This document shows positions 47,685-57,525 of a stretch of DNA of 64,000 nt, piece after piece. Both the position numbers and the translations under genes were made by a program. The stretch is taken from positions 4,524 through 68,523 of the forward strand of contig CAKOJR010000005.1 of NCBI GenBank assembly GCA_934090735.1. Reading direction: 5' to 3'. Numbering within the stretch: position 1 is the stretch's first letter; each line of letters opens with the position of its first letter. The DNA comes from an uncultured Bacilli bacterium (GTDB lineage Bacteria > Bacillota_I > Bacilli_A > RF39 > UBA660). The notes below the pieces were generated by a model that made no database searches, had not been told where the DNA came from, and was given only the letters and a program-made list of their open reading frames with translations.

Positions 47685-48023
47685 TTAATCAAATAGTCTA
47701 ATGATAAGCAAAATATTAAAAATATATAGAAAAAAGCCAGTAACTAATAATGCTCTCATCCACTTGATATTATTATTTTTAAATAAAAAATAATTAACAA
47801 TCACAAAAATAATATAAAAGACAGCAGCATATAAAGCTCCAACGCCAAAAAAAGAAAGACACTGTTTAGAAAACGCTTCAAGATCAGTTTCAATTATAAT
47901 TTTATTTGCAGATGAAATAAAAAATAAAGCAATAGATAAAGCACCTCCATAAAACATTATCGCCAATGATATTAATCCCAATAATATATTATTAATTAAA
48001 AATAATTTTTTACAATCTTTCAT
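47685..48023 (-). CDS. hypothetical small membrane protein
   Basis: 112 aa with 3-4 TM segments. Confidence 0.4.
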   Translation of the reverse strand: MKDCKKLFLINNILLGLISLAIMFYGGALSIALFFISSANKIIIETDLEAFSKQCLSFFGVGALYAAVFYIIFVIVNYFLFKNNNIKWMRALLVTGFFLYIFNILLIIRLFD

Positions 48024-48043
48024 CTTTTTTACTCCAAATAATT

Positions 48044-49273
48044 TTATCTCTGTTTCAAATACTTACCAATATCTTTCAAGCTAAACTTATTACCATAATT
48101 CAAGATAGCATTAGAATAAACCTTAACAGAAATATACCCAATAAGCGTAGCAGTTAACACAAGAATAATAAGTGAAACAATCACATCACTCACACTAGCA
48201 AGCCCAAGCATATATCTTGATGGCATACTAAATGGTGAAGAAAAAGGAAATAATGAAGCAAACACACTAACACTACTTTTAGAATTCATCATTGAAAAAT
48301 ATGCTAGATAAAAGGCAAACACCGAAAGCATTGATACTGGACTATTTGCACTTTGAATATCCTCTGGTTTTTGCACCAAAGATCCAGTAAGAGCAAATAT
48401 AAGTGCATATAAAGCATAGCCTAAAACAAAATAAAGCAAAATAATAACCCAAACTCCTAAAGTAATTGAATCCAAATTAATTACACCCTTTAAAATATCA
48501 CTAGGTAAAAATGCCTTTGCACAAATCACTCCAAAAATAAGTAGTACAGCAAGCTGACATAATCCAGTAATACCTACACCTAAAGTTTTACCTAAAACAA
48601 TATTTTTTGGACTAGTAGACGTTGTTAAGCTCTCTATAATCTTTGATGTCTTCTCTGTTGTTACGGATGAAGAAACCTGACTAGCGCAAAAGAATACTGC
48701 ATAAAATAATACTATTGAAAACATCATCATCGCAAATGTACTATTTCCGCTATCTGAATTAGATAAATAATTAGTATTAAGCTCGAAATTTACATTAAGT
48801 GAATTTAACTCATCCTGAGACAAACCTAAAGATTTAAGTTTCATATTATAATAAGTACTAGTAACTTGATTAACAATAACTTCAGCACTTGAACCAACCA
48901 AGCTCATATCAGCTTGATAATCTTCAAATAAAATTGTATTGTTATCTAAATGAAAACTCAATACTTCATCATATTCATCATTATCAAGAGCTTTTTGAGC
49001 ATCACTCTTATTATACTTACCAGAAATAACTTTAATCTTATAACCATAATCTTTATTATTTTCTAAAATAGATAAATAATTACTCATGATATTATCTTCA
49101 TCAACTAAAAGTAATCTAGACATATCATCATCTTTACTGATACTTTCCATAATTCTTGGAATATTAGTCCCTAAAAGAATAACTACAAGAAAAATAATAT
49201 TTGTAACAATAAAACTTTTTCTCTTAACCATATCCTTAATTGTAAACTTTGCAACAGTTATTAAATCTTTCAT
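48044..49273 (-). CDS. ABC-2 type transporter permease (NatB-like)
   Basis: 409 aa. An N-terminal TM, a large extracytoplasmic loop and a C-terminal multi-TM block. Directly follows the ATPase gene. Confidence 0.7.
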   Translation of the reverse strand: MKDLITVAKFTIKDMVKRKSFIVTNIIFLVVILLGTNIPRIMESISKDDDMSRLLLVDEDNIMSNYLSILENNKDYGYKIKVISGKYNKSDAQKALDNDEYDEVLSFHLDNNTILFEDYQADMSLVGSSAEVIVNQVTSTYYNMKLKSLGLSQDELNSLNVNFELNTNYLSNSDSGNSTFAMMMFSIVLFYAVFFCASQVSSSVTTEKTSKIIESLTTSTSPKNIVLGKTLGVGITGLCQLAVLLIFGVICAKAFLPSDILKGVINLDSITLGVWVIILLYFVLGYALYALIFALTGSLVQKPEDIQSANSPVSMLSVFAFYLAYFSMMNSKSSVSVFASLFPFSSPFSMPSRYMLGLASVSDVIVSLIILVLTATLIGYISVKVYSNAILNYGNKFSLKDIGKYLKQR

Positions 49274-50161
49274 CTATTCACCAGCTTTCTCTATAAATAT
49301 CTCGTGTAAACTAGGTTTAACTATACTAAATGTTTTAACACATATTTTATCTTTAACTAGTTCCTTAAGAAGTTTTTCTCTAGAGTCTTCATCAGCACTA
49401 ATCGTATAAACACCTTCATTTTCATTAATAACTTCTAACTTAAATTTATTTAATATACCTTTGATATTATCATCAGTTTCTATCATAACTTTATTTGTTT
49501 CATAACTATCCTTAATCTTCTTTAGATTACCTTTTAAAACAGTTTTACCTCTATTTAATATAACTAAGTCAGAACAAAACTCTTCAATAACACCCATCTG
49601 ATGAGATGACATAATAATATATTTTCCTTTACTAACAAGTTCCTTCATAATATTACTTAAAACCTCAGTATTAACAGGATCAAGTCCACTAAAAGGTTCA
49701 TCTAATACTATTAAATCAGGATTATGGAGCATTGCTGTAACAAACTGTACTTTTTGCTGATTACCCTTAGATAACTTCTCAGCCGGACTATTTATATACT
49801 CCATTAAGTTAAGTTTATCAAGCCAGTAACGAACCGCTTCATCTGCTTCTTTTTTATCTAAACCTTTTAAATTAGCAAAATAGACTAATTGATCATAAAC
49901 AGTGCTTTTTGGATATAACCCTCTTTCTTCAGGCAAATACCCAAAATTAACATTACCTCTGGTAACAGTCTTACCATTCCAAGTAATTTCACCACTATCT
50001 TTCTTAATAATACCTAAAATCATTCTTATAGTAGTAGTTTTTCCTGCACCATTCGTACCAAGTAACCCAAATACTCCTGGCTTTTTTAATTCAAAAGAAA
50101 TATTATCTACAACATGCTTATTTCCAAAAGACTTATTAACATTCTTTACTACTAAACTCAT
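49274..50161 (-). CDS. ABC transporter ATP-binding protein (NatA-like)
   Basis: Walker A GTNGAGKTT, signature LSKGNQQK and Walker B LIVLDEPFSGLD. Confidence 0.9.
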   Translation of the reverse strand: MSLVVKNVNKSFGNKHVVDNISFELKKPGVFGLLGTNGAGKTTTIRMILGIIKKDSGEITWNGKTVTRGNVNFGYLPEERGLYPKSTVYDQLVYFANLKGLDKKEADEAVRYWLDKLNLMEYINSPAEKLSKGNQQKVQFVTAMLHNPDLIVLDEPFSGLDPVNTEVLSNIMKELVSKGKYIIMSSHQMGVIEEFCSDLVILNRGKTVLKGNLKKIKDSYETNKVMIETDDNIKGILNKFKLEVINENEGVYTISADEDSREKLLKELVKDKICVKTFSIVKPSLHEIFIEKAGE

Positions 50162-50235
50162 CTTATCATCTCCTACACCAAAAGTATATAAACCAAATAA
50201 AAATTAGTCAACAAAAAAACTAGCAATTTCGCTAG

Positions 50236-50631
50236 TTATTTAATTTCAATATATTTTTTATTTTCTTGGATTTCTTTCTTTGGAACGGTAATATTTAAAA
50301 TGCCATTTTCAAATTTAGCATCTATATTTTCAATATCAACATCACCTAAAGCAAATGATCTTGAATACTCTCCATAATATCTTTCTTTTCTAATATAATT
50401 TTTCTTTTCATCTTTGCTCTCTTCTTTTTTATGAGCTTTTACTGTAAGGTATCCATCTTTTACTTCAATATTGATATCTTTCTTATCAAAACCTGGAGCA
50501 TCTAATTCAATATAATATTTATTATCTTTTTCATAAATATCACATTTCATTTCACCTCTTTTACTAGGTTTGGTTACAAAGAAATCCTCCAAATCATCAT
50601 CAAATAAAAAATTTCTTGGGATTAAATTCAT
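50236..50631 (-). CDS. Hsp20/alpha-crystallin family small heat-shock protein
   Basis: Alpha-crystallin domain (DIYEKDNKYYIELDAPGFDKKDINIEVKDGYLTV...FENGILNITVPK). The ATG at 50631 has AAAGGAAG 9 nt upstream. Confidence 0.9.
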   Translation of the reverse strand: MNLIPRNFLFDDDLEDFFVTKPSKRGEMKCDIYEKDNKYYIELDAPGFDKKDINIEVKDGYLTVKAHKKEESKDEKKNYIRKERYYGEYSRSFALGDVDIENIDAKFENGILNITVPKKEIQENKKYIEIK

Positions 50632-50652
50632 AAATCTCATCTTCCTTTCACA

Positions 50653-50699
50653 ATTATAATTATACCACTATTTTAGCACTTGTCAATAGAAAGTGCCAA
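50653..50699 (-). promoter_or_regulatory. sigma-A promoter overlapped by a CIRCE-like inverted repeat (hsp20)
   Basis: Plus strand TTAGCACTT-N9-AAGTGCCAA at 50673..50699. On the minus strand, TTGACA (50686..50681), a 16-nt spacer and TATAAT (50664..50659). Confidence 0.65.
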
Positions 50700-50750
50700 C
50701 TTTTTTTATTTTCCCACAAGTTTATTATATTTCAAATATTAAAAAAAATA

Positions 50751-51047
50751 CTAGATATCAAAATCTAGTAAATCACAAATATCGTTATTAATAATAAATA
50801 CTATTAATTTTTCATCATACTTGCCAATTTGTTCCTTCAAATATTTCTCATCCATAAAACACAAATCGCATCTATATAAAATAAGATTCTTAAAATTAGT
50901 AACGCCAATACTCTGAAAATAATCAAGAACTTCCATAACATTATTTTTCATAATTCCAAAGTTATAAATAAACTCTGAATCAAAATGACCCTTTATCTCT
51001 AAAATATCATCTTTACTAAGATTATACTTACTTAAAAAATCTATCAT
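50751..51047 (-). CDS. hypothetical protein (third gene of an unknown three-gene operon)
   Basis: 98 aa, helical. Overlaps the stop of the upstream ORF by 4 nt. Confidence 0.45.
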   Translation of the reverse strand: MIDFLSKYNLSKDDILEIKGHFDSEFIYNFGIMKNNVMEVLDYFQSIGVTNFKNLILYRCDLCFMDEKYLKEQIGKYDEKLIVFIINNDICDLLDFDI

Positions 51048-52822
51048 ATCTTCTTCACCTCATCACTTAAGTGAAGCATCTTTAAAATACTTTTTTCTTC
51101 ACTCTCTTCAAGTGGCAAATTAAACATTAACGCCTTAGCAATAGCTTCTTCCGGTTTTACACCAGCTCTTACTAAACAATCAAAAACTCTATAAGTTTTA
51201 AGTCTAGAAATAACAATTCTATCAAACACAAATTCTGTTTTCCTTTTAATTTGTGCATACGTAGTATCAGAGTATATTGCCAGTCTGTGTCCTTCTTCTA
51301 AATACATTAGTATCGGATAATCATTAATAAGAGGTATAATTTCATCTTCTGTTGGACAAGGAACTCCACTAATTAAACTATAACTGTCTTTACTCTCCCA
51401 AACAGGAAGTTCATTTTTAAAAGCATAGAAAATTCTTCTAACCATTAAATCTTTAATACCTTTTAATTCCTTACTACCACTATGAACATGTTCATTTATC
51501 CCTAGTTCAATAAATTGATCAATAACACCGGCTAAATCAAAAGTTGTAAGGACGCTTGAAGCACCTTTATCTTCTCCCAAACTAAACCCATAAAGAGATA
51601 AACTTTCTAAATTATTAAGAACCCTTTCACTATCATAAAGTACCCCAATATTCTCACTAATAAAATCAGTTATATTAATATCTTTAGGTAATTTAGAAAT
51701 AAGCTTCTTATTCTTCTTATAATCGTTAATTAAAAACAAAATACCTCTTGTAACAATAACACTATTTGAAACATTATATTCTCTCAAAAGTTCCATATTA
51801 TGTTTAAAATTTTCAAAACCATCTTTAGTAAATATCACAGTTCCTCTTTTAAGTAAACTATTTATATCCTGTTCAGTAAACTTATAATACTCTTTAAGAA
51901 CATTAACAATTTCTTTAAACTCATCTAAACTAGCTCCGCTTAAAATCTCACAAACACCCAAATAATTATTACTACCAATAATATCTATATATCTATTATC
52001 ATAAAGATATTTAGCACGTTTACTTAAACCATCTAAATCACACTTCAAAAGTTTATCAGCACTAATTTTATCAAACTTATCAAAATCAAATCCGATAGAT
52101 GCAATAACTTCCTTAACTCCCTGTCTTACTTCATGTTCCTCTATCTTACAAACTGGTTTAAATGTACTTTTCATCATATCATGATGCTTAAAAATATCTT
52201 CATCTGGATTTTTAAAATTGGCTCTTTCTAAAAGCCTACCTCGTAATTTATCTTCACCAAGTTTCTTTAACTTCCCACCATTATATCCATTTAAATAAGT
52301 GATAACTTTATCCCAGTTAATATCTCCATTACTAGGATTAGCACATTTAACTATCTTTTCTGTAATTAATATATCTTCAGGAGTAAATATTTCACCACGT
52401 GATAACCTTTCCTTTATTCTCATAACATCTTCATTAGTAATACTAGAATTCGTTATTAAAGTAACTTTATCATTAAGATTATTAATTACTTTTTTTAAAA
52501 GTACTACAACTTTAGCAAGTTCATCAATTTCTTTAGTTGTTAAAGCGTAATCACTAATAGTTAAAGAAGATGTCTTAATAGCAAGTACTTTTCTTCTAAG
52601 TAGTACACTATCATTATCATCTTCAATATAATCCAAACAAAGATTAAATAAGCGTTCCAAATGGCAAAGCTTATTTACAAATTGCAAATATTCACCTTTA
52701 TCATAAAGAGCAAGTAATTCTTCACTCTCACTAATTTCTTCCTTCATACTTTCTGCAAGTGCTAATGAAGAAGTTACCGCACTACCATTTAAAATTTGTA
52801 ATAAAATTTCCTTTCCTTCCAT
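51044..52822 (-). CDS. hypothetical protein, helical-repeat-like
   Basis: 592 aa with no catalytic motif recognised. The start overlaps the stop of the upstream ORF by 1 nt. Confidence 0.5.
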   Translation of the reverse strand: MEGKEILLQILNGSAVTSSLALAESMKEEISESEELLALYDKGEYLQFVNKLCHLERLFNLCLDYIEDDNDSVLLRRKVLAIKTSSLTISDYALTTKEIDELAKVVVLLKKVINNLNDKVTLITNSSITNEDVMRIKERLSRGEIFTPEDILITEKIVKCANPSNGDINWDKVITYLNGYNGGKLKKLGEDKLRGRLLERANFKNPDEDIFKHHDMMKSTFKPVCKIEEHEVRQGVKEVIASIGFDFDKFDKISADKLLKCDLDGLSKRAKYLYDNRYIDIIGSNNYLGVCEILSGASLDEFKEIVNVLKEYYKFTEQDINSLLKRGTVIFTKDGFENFKHNMELLREYNVSNSVIVTRGILFLINDYKKNKKLISKLPKDINITDFISENIGVLYDSERVLNNLESLSLYGFSLGEDKGASSVLTTFDLAGVIDQFIELGINEHVHSGSKELKGIKDLMVRRIFYAFKNELPVWESKDSYSLISGVPCPTEDEIIPLINDYPILMYLEEGHRLAIYSDTTYAQIKRKTEFVFDRIVISRLKTYRVFDCLVRAGVKPEEAIAKALMFNLPLEESEEKSILKMLHLSDEVKKI

Positions 52823-54420
52823 TATGCACTCCTATTAATTGCCGCTTTCAAATCTATTCTTAAATCAACTTGACTATCGTAAACTTTCTCTTTATCATTT
52901 AATACTTCTTTTATAAAAATTTCATCATTTGCAGCAAGTTTAAACTCTCCTAAATAAGCATGTAGTATAAATAAGTAATTATCAGCAAGCCTCATAAATG
53001 AAACATTTACATCCTTATAACTAGAAAAATAAATATTATAAGATAGGTTATCCAACTTAGTAGCTTCACTAAAATCTCCTAAAGAAAGCTTTTTATAAAC
53101 TTTTTTAAAAGAACTCAAATTCTTTTTATCTAAAGCATTAACTTCACCGGCAATACTCTCCAAATAAATAATATGTTCTCCAGAATCCCCATCAGGATCA
53201 CCCTTTAATAAATTATAAGTTTCAATATATTTATTCATATTATTTATGCAAGAAGTAAGAACGCCTTCATCTGGATGACCATCAAATAATTTAACTTTAT
53301 CCATCGATGCATTAACTTCTCGTGAAAGCTCAATTAAAATAGAAACTATCTTATATTTATTATCCTTATCATCAGAAGTAACACTATTAATTAAAAACAT
53401 TTGAAGTTCTTCTGGTTTAACACTATCAACAAGCTCTTTTTCGCTAGTTATTATTTCTTTAGCTTTACCTACTACTTCATCAAACTCTTTCATTTTATCA
53501 TCAGGAGTTTCCTCTTTACTTTCAGAAACCACTTCCTTTTTCCTTGATAAGATAAGAACTTCTTCCATTTCACTTTTTAAGTTTAACAAATTATCATAAA
53601 CACCATTTCGAACCCCCAAACTCATGAGTAATTCCTGATATTTTTTCAAATCCCCTTCTAATAACTTAATAAACAAAACTTGCCTAACATCATTATAATC
53701 AAGTTTTCTATCATGAGATATCTCTTTGGCTTTATGATTTATATCTGAACTCTCGGTGCTTTCTTCAGCAAGCAAATTATAAATCTCACTATATTTTTCC
53801 TTTTTATTTTTAATAATAGATATGTATTTATCTATAAAAAGTTTATCTTCATTACTCATTTGATGAGCTACTAAATTAAAACTTTGTATATATAATTCTT
53901 CCTTTAGCTCTCCTCTTTCCTTACTTGAAAGTCCTAAAGAAAGCTTATCTATATCACTATAATCAAAAATAGGGCTTTTCAAACTTCCATTACTAAAAAG
54001 ATCTAAAACTCTCTTTGGTAATTCAATCATCTCCCTTTGACTATCAATATATTCTTTATCTCTTTTTAAACAACTACTTAAATCCTGAGTAATTCTCCCT
54101 GCAATTTGTTCTAAATAAACATATGCTCCCTCATTACCAGCATTTTTGATATTATTTATATTTCGTGTTGCTATATCTTTAATCTCATCAGTATTTTCGC
54201 CATATATAAAATCAATTATTAAATAAAGATCATCTATAGAAGTTGATGCTATCTTTAATAAATCTTCGGCACTTATATTTCTTTTATTAAGTCCATATTT
54301 TAAAATTATATTATCTATCTCTAAAAGAGTATTTTTTTTGTTTTCAAAATCTATTGTTTGTAAAGCAGTACTATCTATTCTTTTTTGTAACTCTTCCAAA
54401 AAAACTGAAACAGCCTTCAT
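52822..54420 (-). CDS. hypothetical protein, predominantly helical
   Basis: 532 aa with no domain recognised with confidence. Confidence 0.5.
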   Translation of the reverse strand: MKAVSVFLEELQKRIDSTALQTIDFENKKNTLLEIDNIILKYGLNKRNISAEDLLKIASTSIDDLYLIIDFIYGENTDEIKDIATRNINNIKNAGNEGAYVYLEQIAGRITQDLSSCLKRDKEYIDSQREMIELPKRVLDLFSNGSLKSPIFDYSDIDKLSLGLSSKERGELKEELYIQSFNLVAHQMSNEDKLFIDKYISIIKNKKEKYSEIYNLLAEESTESSDINHKAKEISHDRKLDYNDVRQVLFIKLLEGDLKKYQELLMSLGVRNGVYDNLLNLKSEMEEVLILSRKKEVVSESKEETPDDKMKEFDEVVGKAKEIITSEKELVDSVKPEELQMFLINSVTSDDKDNKYKIVSILIELSREVNASMDKVKLFDGHPDEGVLTSCINNMNKYIETYNLLKGDPDGDSGEHIIYLESIAGEVNALDKKNLSSFKKVYKKLSLGDFSEATKLDNLSYNIYFSSYKDVNVSFMRLADNYLFILHAYLGEFKLAANDEIFIKEVLNDKEKVYDSQVDLRIDLKAAINRSA

Positions 54421-54532
54421 GAAATCACCCTCTTTACAATAAACATTTTACCATATTATCGTATTTTTAACAAGAAACATTGAAGTTAACACGTCAAATA
54501 TGATATAATATTTAAAATAAATGGAGGCTCAT

Positions 54533-55066
54533 ATGAATGAAGAAGAAAAATTCAAAAAAAGAGTAGTAAAAGAAGATGGTACAAAATTACCAGATCCTAA
54601 TCCCGAAAAAAAAGCAAACAAAATAATCAACTTTCTATCATCTTTGCTTATATTAATAGTTATTGGTTTTGGTATATACTTTTTAATGGACAAAGGTGTA
54701 CTACCAAACCCATTTGAAATTAAAAATGATAACCCTATAATACCTATTGATCAAATAACAACTCAGAAAACAACGCAAAAAAACACTGACCCAAATTTAA
54801 AAATATATGAAAGTAATTCAACAAACTGTTCCCTAGGTAAACCTCGCATAGAAATTAATTTACAGGAAAACACATTCAGCTTTGTAACATATAACAGTTC
54901 ATGTGATAAAATAGAACTTACAGGTAAATCAGAATATGATATTAGTTCTAATTCATATAAATTAACAACAACCGATGGCAATATCTTAACTGGTAAATTT
55001 AATAACCGCACTTTTGTATTAAATAACAACGGTACCATCTACGAAATGGAAGACTTAAATGAGTAA
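54533..55066 (+). CDS. hypothetical membrane-anchored extracytoplasmic protein
   Basis: ATG at 54533 preceded by GGAGG. One TM (LSSLLILIVIGFGIYFL) followed by a soluble domain. Confidence 0.45.
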   Translation: MNEEEKFKKRVVKEDGTKLPDPNPEKKANKIINFLSSLLILIVIGFGIYFLMDKGVLPNPFEIKNDNPIIPIDQITTQKTTQKNTDPNLKIYESNSTNCSLGKPRIEINLQENTFSFVTYNSSCDKIELTGKSEYDISSNSYKLTTTDGNILTGKFNNRTFVLNNNGTIYEMEDLNE

Positions 55067-55325
55067 AGAATATAACATTAAAGAACTTCTTAACTCTATT
55101 GACTTTGAAAAAAATAAATTATCTAAAGTGAATGATAAACTAATGCTCACAAATTATCAAATAGAAGTTTTAAAAAGATTTGATATTAATCCAGAAAACT
55201 ATCATAGTTTATCAAGTATTATCTGTGATGCGGAAGAAGTATATGAAGAATCTTTAGATGAAGAACTAGATACAATTTTAAATGAACTTCAAGAAAGAAA
55301 CTATTACGAAAATACAAATAAATAA
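55059..55325 (+). CDS. hypothetical small acidic protein
   Basis: 88 aa. The start overlaps the upstream stop. Confidence 0.4.
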   Translation: MSKEYNIKELLNSIDFEKNKLSKVNDKLMLTNYQIEVLKRFDINPENYHSLSSIICDAEEVYEESLDEELDTILNELQERNYYENTNK

Positions 55326-55377
55326 AAAGACCTTAATTTAAAGTAAACCACAATAATTCACAATTAAGGTCTTTTTT

Positions 55378-56379
55378 CTATCTACTAAGTTTATTTTTAA
55401 GATTAAGTAAATACTGTTTACTCATAATTGGCAAAAATGTGTTTACAACACTCATTGTCATCTCACTATTTTTATCTGATATGAATATATCCCTAATTTC
55501 ATCTGGAATTTCATCAGCATATCCATCACCACTATCAAAAAGTGAAATTCCCGTAATAATTATATAATCTCTCATAACGCGCAAACTATTTTTAATAAAA
55601 TTGTTAATTTCATCATAAAATATTTCTTCCCTATTAACTAGCAATTTAAACCATATAAATCTATCATATATACTATTATCTATCAAAAAAACTTTATTAT
55701 CATTTATTATTTGATATAATTCATTGCCATCTAATGTTAACTTAATTAAACTATCTCTTATTTTCGTTGATAGACCTAATTCTCCACCAATCCGAAGATT
55801 AAAAGAACTATTAAAAAACTCTTGCAATATCTCATCATATTTTAACCTTCCGGCTTCCTCACTAATCATTACAATATAAGGAGTAGAAGTATTAAATACC
55901 CGTTTTACATAATCTAAATTTAATTTTCTTTTTAATGTATTAACTCCAAATACTTCATTAACACATGTATCAAAAAGTAAATTAATATAATCAAATGAAA
56001 TCAAACCTAACACTCTCTTATATTCATCTAATGAAATATCTTCAAAAACAAGATTAGCAAGTAAATCAGCACATATAAATGCTTTCATATTTCCACTTAA
56101 ACCATCAAAGTATTTTTCCAAAGTTCTATCGTTAACACTATAATCTATATTACAAATAAGAATTGCACTTGTAGAGCTTCCGCCAAATATTCTTGAAAGT
56201 TCATCCACACTAAAAAGATTACTCTTAACTAAATCAAGTAAATAACCTGCACAAATTTCTTCGTTATCATAACCATAATACTTAAGTAAATCTCCTCTAT
56301 ATAAAGATTTCAAAACATTAAAATTATGTCTTTTAAAATTACTAAATAAAAAATTAACACATCTATTTAACTTTTCCAT
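55378..56379 (-). CDS. hypothetical protein
   Basis: 333 aa from the ATG at 56379 (GAGGGTG RBS). No domain recognised. Confidence 0.45.
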   Translation of the reverse strand: MEKLNRCVNFLFSNFKRHNFNVLKSLYRGDLLKYYGYDNEEICAGYLLDLVKSNLFSVDELSRIFGGSSTSAILICNIDYSVNDRTLEKYFDGLSGNMKAFICADLLANLVFEDISLDEYKRVLGLISFDYINLLFDTCVNEVFGVNTLKRKLNLDYVKRVFNTSTPYIVMISEEAGRLKYDEILQEFFNSSFNLRIGGELGLSTKIRDSLIKLTLDGNELYQIINDNKVFLIDNSIYDRFIWFKLLVNREEIFYDEINNFIKNSLRVMRDYIIITGISLFDSGDGYADEIPDEIRDIFISDKNSEMTMSVVNTFLPIMSKQYLLNLKNKLSR

Positions 56380-56442
56380 ATTCACCCTCAAAAGAAGAAA
56401 CTATTATATAATAGAAAAGCTATAAAAGTAAATACTTACAAA

Positions 56443-56808
56443 CTAAAAAGTATCTAAATTATTATCGTAACAAATACACTGGCCATTTCTATATTCGAAA
56501 TTATAACTGCACTCTTCATAACAATCAACTGCTCCACCAAAACCATAACTAAATACTACAATGAGTAGTAATACCAAAAGTACTTTTACTATAATACCTA
56601 TTATGCTTCCAATAAGAGATGCTTTAGAAGCCTTTTTCTTATCACTTAAAAATATAAAAAACAAAATAATACCAACTATAGGAAAGCAAAAACCTAAAAT
56701 ACCATAAATAAATCCAGAGGTTTCATTTTTTGTCTCCTCATAAACTTTTTTTCCACAATTTGAACAAAAATTTCCTTTTATTTCACTTCCACAATATTTA
56801 CAGTACAT
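56443..56808 (-). CDS. zinc-ribbon membrane protein
   Basis: N-terminal CKYCGSEIKGNFCSNCGKK, two TMs and a Cys-rich C-terminal tail. ATG at 56808 with a GGAGTGA RBS. Confidence 0.5.
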   Translation of the reverse strand: MYCKYCGSEIKGNFCSNCGKKVYEETKNETSGFIYGILGFCFPIVGIILFFIFLSDKKKASKASLIGSIIGIIVKVLLVLLLIVVFSYGFGGAVDCYEECSYNFEYRNGQCICYDNNLDTF

Positions 56809-56969
56809 TATAATCACTCCATTTTTAGTTATAAGTATTTAACGCACACAACTTATACAATAAGAATTATATCATAAAACAATTAAAAATATTATAAAAA
56901 TTCAAAAATTATTAGACTTATGTCCTAGGTTAAAATAATAAACTCACATACGATAAAGTGGGAGGTATT

Positions 56970-57386
56970 ATGAATACAAATTTTACTAAACTAAAAATGC
57001 AAGATGCTATAAAAACAATTCAAAACAATGACTTATGCACATTAACTTTATGTGATAACGGAACTCCTTTCTGCACACCAATAATCTATGATAGTGACTG
57101 CTATTGCGGAAATATCAAATTAACTTTTGAAACATGTGTAGACGGAAAATTATCAGAACTAATCGAAAATGATAATAATTGTTGTTGTCAGTTAACAAAT
57201 AGATGCAATAACAAAATTGAAGTAATCACAATGGAAGGAACATGTGAAATATTACCTAATGAAAGCACTTGTCCATGTTTACATGAAGAGTCATGCTATG
57301 TAACAGTAGAGTTCACTCCATGCCAAATCACAGGACGCTGCTACTGCAATCAAAGAAGAAGAAATACATCTTGTTGCAATAACTAA
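56970..57386 (+). CDS. cysteine-rich protein, possibly PNPOx-like split-barrel fold
   Basis: 138 aa from the ATG at 56970 (GGGAGG RBS). Contains 19 Cys, including CCC, CPC, CYC and a terminal CC. The N-terminal pattern loosely matches pyridoxamine-5-phosphate-oxidase-family proteins. Confidence 0.5.
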   Translation: MNTNFTKLKMQDAIKTIQNNDLCTLTLCDNGTPFCTPIIYDSDCYCGNIKLTFETCVDGKLSELIENDNNCCCQLTNRCNNKIEVITMEGTCEILPNESTCPCLHEESCYVTVEFTPCQITGRCYCNQRRRNTSCCNN

Positions 57387-57525
57387 ATATCACAAAAATG
57401 GTCTAGTAAAAACTAGACCTTTATTCATAATAAATAGCAGATTTTTACCAGCTAATACCATAAAACAGTATTAAGCAGTGAAAATCAAACATATTCGTAC
57501 ACAAAAAAACGCCATACGGCATTTT

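Noticed and set aside
57501-57525. A possible terminator lies after htpG (A-run, GCC-atac-GGC, T-run).
   Set aside because: The stem is only 3-4 bp, which is too weak to call with confidence.
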